From the human T2T-CHM13v2.0 reference genome, Homo sapiens: a stretch of 64,000 bases of DNA. The notes under the pieces were generated by a model. That model saw nothing but the letters and a program-made list of their open reading frames with translations, made no database searches and had not been told where the DNA came from. Both the position numbers and the translations under genes were made by a program. The number at the start of each line of letters is the position of its first letter. Position 1 is the first letter of the stretch. Below are positions 1-64,000 of this stretch, one piece after another. The stretch lies in the NCBI RefSeq assembly GCF_009914755.1, contig NC_060933.1. One strand, 5' to 3'.

Positions 1-2402
1 GGGAGGATCCATCCCCCACCCACTGCAGCCTCACACCGAGTCCACCTTGGACATGGTGGCCACATTACTCAGCTGGGAGAAGCCACCCTTATCCTGGTTC
101 CTGCCTCCTGGGGGCTCTGGAGACGGATGCCTATGGCGCCTCATCTTTAAACTGTCCTTAGTAGCCCAGGGGAGCCACACCCTCACTCCCTGCCTCCCCC
201 CGGTCCGCATGGTGGCACCGTGAGGCAGTCTCAGCAAGTCCTCATGCTGTTCTTGGTCTTCCACAAGAAAGTGAAGCTGTCAGCTTAATAACAAGAATGG
301 CCTAAGACAGCAAAGACAGCACTGTTCCTGGGCTGGGACGCAAGGAATGAGGTCCTTTATGAAAGAAAGACCCCCCTGCATAGCCTAAGTGCTATATCGA
401 TCGTCCCGGATGTGCCTTAAGAACCGTGACCTCATCAGTCGCCCATTTAGCATTGTTAAGATCTGTGAACGCGTGTTGTCTCAAACCAGTCAGGGCCGTC
501 ATGACTACGCAGCAGCAGCAGTTTCCAAGACGGGCCAGAAACGCATCCACAGCAGTGGCACCCGCGGCTCAGGGGCTCCTCACAGCCCGGGCTGGTGGGA
601 GCCAAGACCAGACAGAGTGGGGGTCTCCATCTGTTTTCTCTTCTCCCTCAAATACAGGCTGTTTTCATCGTGTCTAGTCCAGCCCTGTCTGGGCCCTGTG
701 CTAGGCAATAACTCTTGCAGCCCTGAAGGACCTAGGGAGCCCAGCCCACCTTCCCACGGACTGGGGTTCCCTCACATGTGCACTTGAACCCAGGACCCAG
801 CATCCTCCACACACCGTGACAATGGGCAAAATCATCCCAAACCAGGCTGCCCCAGCCCCAGCCCAGCAACAGTGAACTCCCTTGGGTCAAGACAGTACTC
901 AACGGCCACTACCTCCACGCTTCCCAGAGCCTGCGGCTTGTCCGTGAGCTCCGTGCACTTCACCAAAGCCCCCATCCCAGCACACAGGACCCGTGTGTAT
1001 GAGACGGTGTCATTGGAAGTGAGAAGAAAACAGTAAAAGTGTCCAGTTAGATAAGTATCTTTTTGCACCTCTGAGAGTAGAATTAGAAGTAAATATGACA
1101 GAATTGAACAATAAATTCTAGAAGAGTTGCCTTGATTCAAACAAGTATAATTCTCAAGTTATCACAAAATTTCCCACAAAAATTTACAATCAGCAAAATA
1201 GTTTCCTTATTTCTCATGTATCATTTTCATATAATTCCATGGTTTCACTAATATTATATGTTACAATAAGCCTCCATTAGTCCCTCAAAACGATGATATA
1301 AATAAGTCTGTACAACCTAGCATAGAATAAAAAACTGAAACCAAGATTCCCAACGTTTTTCATAGCAGCCGGGCACACTTTGGTGACCCCAACGAGAACC
1401 CTCTCGGCAGCAGCCAGGAGCTGTTCACCTTCCAGAAGCAGGGCCTGTGGCAGCCTAACAGGGAGAGGCCACGGGGCCCAAAAACGCAACACGTCTCAAG
1501 GCAAACCCGAGGGAGGAACTTGGTCTGGGAGGAAGAGAGAACTCGCTCCTCAACCACCCCAGACACTGGAGTGTCAGGAAAGCACTGAGCTGTTGGGGCA
1601 CACTGCCCAGCCCGGCCACAGCAGCTCAGCCAGTCACAGCTCCACCTCCAACTTCTACAGCAGCAATTTTTAGTGGGAAAGAACAGCTCATCTCCCCCTC
1701 ATGTGAAAGATTAAATTGTAAAGCAAAAAAAAAAAGGTCAATGCTCGCATGAGTGGTGTCCATCCTGACCTGAGCCTTGCGCTCCCTGCTGCCCTGTGTG
1801 GAACTGTGGGCTTCAGCACCTCCACAGGGACCCTGAGTCTACACTGCTCAGAATCGGCATCTGCGCGACCACGAGGTCACGCTGTGCAGCAGGGAACCAC
1901 CTAAAAACCTGTGTTGATATGTGGCTTGCACTGAAAAAGTGACCATGTAACTCAGCTGGGGGAAGTTCCAGTAGTATCCATGTTTTCTTAAAAGTCCAAA
2001 CTGTAAAATGTATGTGACAATTCAAGTTTTCTATGTTAGGAGTCTGGTGGTAGCAGATCCAAACCTTGGGTCTTAGAATAAGGCTTTTCGCATTAGAGAA
2101 TCAGACATGAGCCCTGGTTGGGAAAGAAGAACTATCCAGAACGTCTTCCCAGGGCTTAACGGACACTTCCATTTTAAGAGTGTGAGCAGCTTCCTGGGAC
2201 ACAGCACTCACTTCCTACATTCCTTGTCCAGGAAGTTGTTTCTAGTGCTCTTCAATTCCATGTCTCCAAGAGGCAATCCCACCTCAAAAGGGGTTAAAAG
2301 CAAAAACATTCACAACCAAAGGTCACCCAACACAACAGAAAATATCTCTATCATTCAGCCTTCACATTATGTTCAAGTTTCAAAGACACTGCAGGGAAAG
2401 AG
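1..2402 (-). other. IPPK: IPPK 3' UTR, probably continuing past the left edge
   Basis: Lies downstream of the stop codon and lacks obvious interspersed repeats. I saw no minus-strand AATAAA or ATTAAA in 1-2402, so the poly(A) site is probably outside the window. Confidence 0.75.
1710..1715 (+). terminator. Candidate poly(A) signal ATTAAA (proximal end of plus-strand transcript)
   Basis: ATTAAA followed about 10 nt later by a genomic A-run, then GT-rich sequence. The A-run could also cause internal-priming artefacts. Confidence 0.45.
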
Positions 2403-56552
<54,150 letters not shown>

Positions 56553-57319
56553 GCCCAGGCGCAGCCCTGGCGCCTCGCGGGCTAGGACTCGGGGACGCGA
56601 GCTGGGGGCCGCCCGCCTCGCTGGGAACCAGCCGCTGCGGTCGGGGGAGGAGCGCCTGTCAGCTGCCGCCCCCGCTCGACCCCGCCGCGGCGACTAGCAA
56701 GCTGTGGCCGCCGGAAGCCACGCCCCCGGCGCCTGCCATGACGGAGTCGGGCAATTCCGGGTTCGTGACACTTTCCTCACACCGATCGCGACGGTGGATG
56801 GGCCGGCGGCCATCTTAGGTACTGGTAGAGCGACTCATTTCCGGAACGCGGTCTTGGGAGCCGGAAGAGAAGCTTCCGGCCTCGGCGCCGGATGTGTAGC
56901 TGGCGGAAGGAGCCGGCGGCTTTTCGGCGCCCGGTAGTGACCGGCAGTCCCCGGGTAGCCAGGGTGTCTGGGTGTTGGGACCGCTTAGTCGCGAGACCCC
57001 AGCAAACCTCTTGGCGTCTCTGAGCCTCAGCTTTTGCTTCTGTAGAATAGGGTGTACTCATCGTACATTTCATGGGAATACCTAACGCAGTCATTTGGAT
57101 GGTCCTGTGAGGTAGAAAACATTGTCCAACGTTCTACGCGAGGAAATGTGGCTGGGCCACAGGACTGGACTCCCCAGTCCCGCTTTTGCCTGAAGACTTC
57201 GAGGGACGCAGTTGGAGCGCAAGGCTCCTGCTTGGCGGTGAGGCAGAGGGCTAACGACCTTCCTTCTCCTAAATTCACTGATGCGGCGGCAAGAATGGCA
57301 CCGCCTCGTAGAGCTACCG

Positions 57320-57960
<641 letters not shown>

Positions 57961-58093
57961 AGGACCTGCAGACCCAACTTTGAGAACGGCTGGGCACCTT
58001 GCCAGGCCTTGGGAATTGTAGTGAAATCAGGCCAGTGACTCAGGAAAATGAGCTGAAGGCTTTGAGCATCTCTTTCCTCCATTTTAGGCCTCA

Positions 58094-60498
<2,405 letters not shown>

Positions 60499-60539
60499 CT
60501 ACTCTTGCTATTTTTATGTGTGTTCGGAATTTTCCTTAC

Positions 60540-61100
60540 TAAGAAAGTATGTGATACCATGCGTTGCCACGATATGGCATGGCATGATGAGAAGGCACTT
60601 CACCTCTGTGGCGTTTCCCCCCAACCCATAAGCCCTTTCTAATCATTAGAAAACATTAAACAAACCCAAATTGAGGGACAATTCACACAGTTCACACAGT
60701 TCATACTGAGACACGGACCAGGAGAAGGAAGGATCTGGGGGAACGGGAGACTGACCCAGTCTAACCAGGACTTCAAAACTGCCATGGTCATGGAAGACAA
60801 GGATAAACTGAAGAAGTGTCACAGATCAGGGAACCCTAAGGAGACATGATGACTCAATGCAATGTGGGATCTTGGATTGGATCCTGGAACAGAAACAGAC
60901 ATTGATGGGAAAACAGGTAAAATCCAAATAAAACCTAAAGTTTAGTTAATAGTAGTGTACTAATGTAAGTTGTTTTGTTTGGGCATGTGCCAGTTATGTG
61001 TATTCACTTTGGGGGCGGCTGGTGAAGAGCACATAGGAACTCTGTACTACCTTTACAACATTTGTGTAAATCTAATCCCAAAATAAAAAGTTCATTTACA
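60540..61100 (+). mobile_element. Old L1 3' end (L1MC/MD-like)
   Basis: ctaatcattagaaaacat..caaacccaaattgagggaca..aatgcaatgtgggatcttggattggatcctggaacagaaa..aaaataaaaagtt. Confidence 0.8.
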
Positions 61101-61140
61101 GAAAAAGAAGACACTCATTGTTCAGCTCCTTTCATAATTA

Positions 61141-62740
<1,600 letters not shown>

Positions 62741-63237
62741 AATCCTCACACATTTCTTAAATAGGTAGACCTAGCTCTGTGTTTAGAAATGCAAGATGGC
62801 CACGATACATTGTTAAACACAGGAACAAATGTGTTTGAATGGAAAAGAAAAGGAATATGTGTCTTATTGTTAACTGAGCTTTTCTTTGGCGATGTGCACT
62901 GATGATGCTACATGATTCTGTAACATTTGAATTTTGTGTAAAAGATGTGACTTACCTGTCTGATCAGAAACAAGAACAGAGCCCTGATGCAGCAGCCTCA
63001 GGATGCCCAGCCAGATGGAACTGGGGCAGCTTTCCTGAGGGTGGACGCAAGTATTTGGGTCACCTGAACCTGCCATGGGATAAGACCCTGCTGTCCTGAG
63101 GCAACCCCACAGATTCTGAGGGGTCCTCCCAGTATGGTGAGTCAGGGGCCTCAGCACACGGCTCCTTCCCACACAGGAATACAAAGATGGGCATGCTGTT
63201 ACCTGGATTAGCAGTCACTTTCCTGGGGTCTTGTCAG

Positions 63238-63450
63238 AGTGTCAGCTCTCCATCCTGTGCTGCTATGACAGAATACCACAGACTGGCTAATTTATAATGA
63301 CCAGAAACTAATTGCTCACGGTTCTGGAGGACAGGAAGTCCAATATCAAGATGTCAGCATCTGGCAAGGGCCTTGCTGTGTCATCGCATGGGAGGCATCA
63401 CATGGCAGAAGGGTAAAGAGAGAGTAAGAAAGGACAGAACTTGCCCTTTG
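63238..63450 (-). mobile_element. MaLR LTR fragment (MST-like), truncated at the RPL21 retrocopy
   Basis: gctgctatgacagaataccacagactggctaatttata..ctcacggttctggagg..ggaagtccaatatcaag..cacatggcagaagg. Confidence 0.72.
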
Positions 63451-63463
63451 ATTTTTTTATATC

Positions 63464-64000
63464 TTTTTTTTTTTTGTAGTCCAGTGGTCTTTTATTTTTG
63501 TAATACCTATTATGCCGTAAATTCAGAGGGAATGGGTACCAGCAGCTCAGGCTCCTTTCCACTGGCTCTCGCAAAGTGTCCTTCTCTGGGTGGAGCAGGC
63601 TGGCGCTTCAGTTGAACCCAAGTACCTTTCTCTGGCTTCCTTCTTTTTCTGATCGTTTTCCTTCACTGTCTTGGCTATCTTGGCTCTTAGAGAGCTTAAT
63701 GTGCTCAATACGCACGTTAATTCTCTTGGCAAGAATCTTGCCCTTGTTTACAACAATGCCAACAGCATGCTGAGTAACACTGTAGACTGCTCCAGTTTTG
63801 CCACGGTAACATTTGTGAGCATTCCTTTTTGAACAGTACCTATTCTTTTGATGTCTACAATATCACCTTTCTTATAGATTCGCATGTATGTGAACAAAGG
63901 AATAACTTCCTGTTTTCTAAAAGGCTTAGATAACATATACTGGGCCCCTCTTCTCTTCCCTTTGTGTTCATCATTTTGGCAAATTACTGGAAGATGGCGC
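63464..64000 (-). pseudogene. Processed RPL21 (60S ribosomal protein L21) pseudogene
   Basis: Intronless RPL21-like sequence: 5' UTR gccatcttccagtaatttgccaaa, ATG at 63974, TAA at 63510, AATAAA at 63491-63496 and a poly(A) remnant at 63464-63475. It has a frameshift near GMPHK and small deletions; fragments [17 protein letters not shown] and [11 protein letters not shown] appear in the ORF track. Confidence 0.93.

Overview
Human (primate) genomic DNA, recognisable as the IPPK locus (inositol-pentakisphosphate 2-kinase; from memory chr9q22.31). The whole IPPK coding sequence can be rebuilt on the minus strand from 13 exons, all with GT-AG introns and consistent phases. It totals 1476 nt (491 aa plus stop), with the ATG at 56552 and the TAA at 2403. 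The gene starts in a CpG-island promoter rich in ETS and YY1 motifs (~56.1-57.0 kb), and its 3' UTR appears to run off the left edge. The left ~7 kb carries plus-strand poly(A) signals, consistent with the 3' UTR of the convergent neighbour CENPP overlapping IPPK. That assignment is from recall, because no CENPP coding sequence is in the window. The rest is mostly Alu, old L1, MIR, MaLR/ERVL LTR and DNA-transposon remnants, plus a processed RPL21 pseudogene at the right end. Almost all ORFs in the supplied track are spurious. I found no evidence of a new multi-gene system. The most notable unexplained signals are: (i) a candidate 33-nt in-frame cassette microexon and a candidate 14-nt poison microexon, both with near-consensus splice sites, in IPPK intron 1; (ii) a ~58-bp copy of IPPK intron-1 sequence inserted 4.5 kb away inside an old L1; (iii) a tandem duplication that creates twin perfect STAT (GAS) sites; (iv) several perfect hairpins or palindromes. 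Repeat subfamily names and boundaries were assigned by eye and are approximate.
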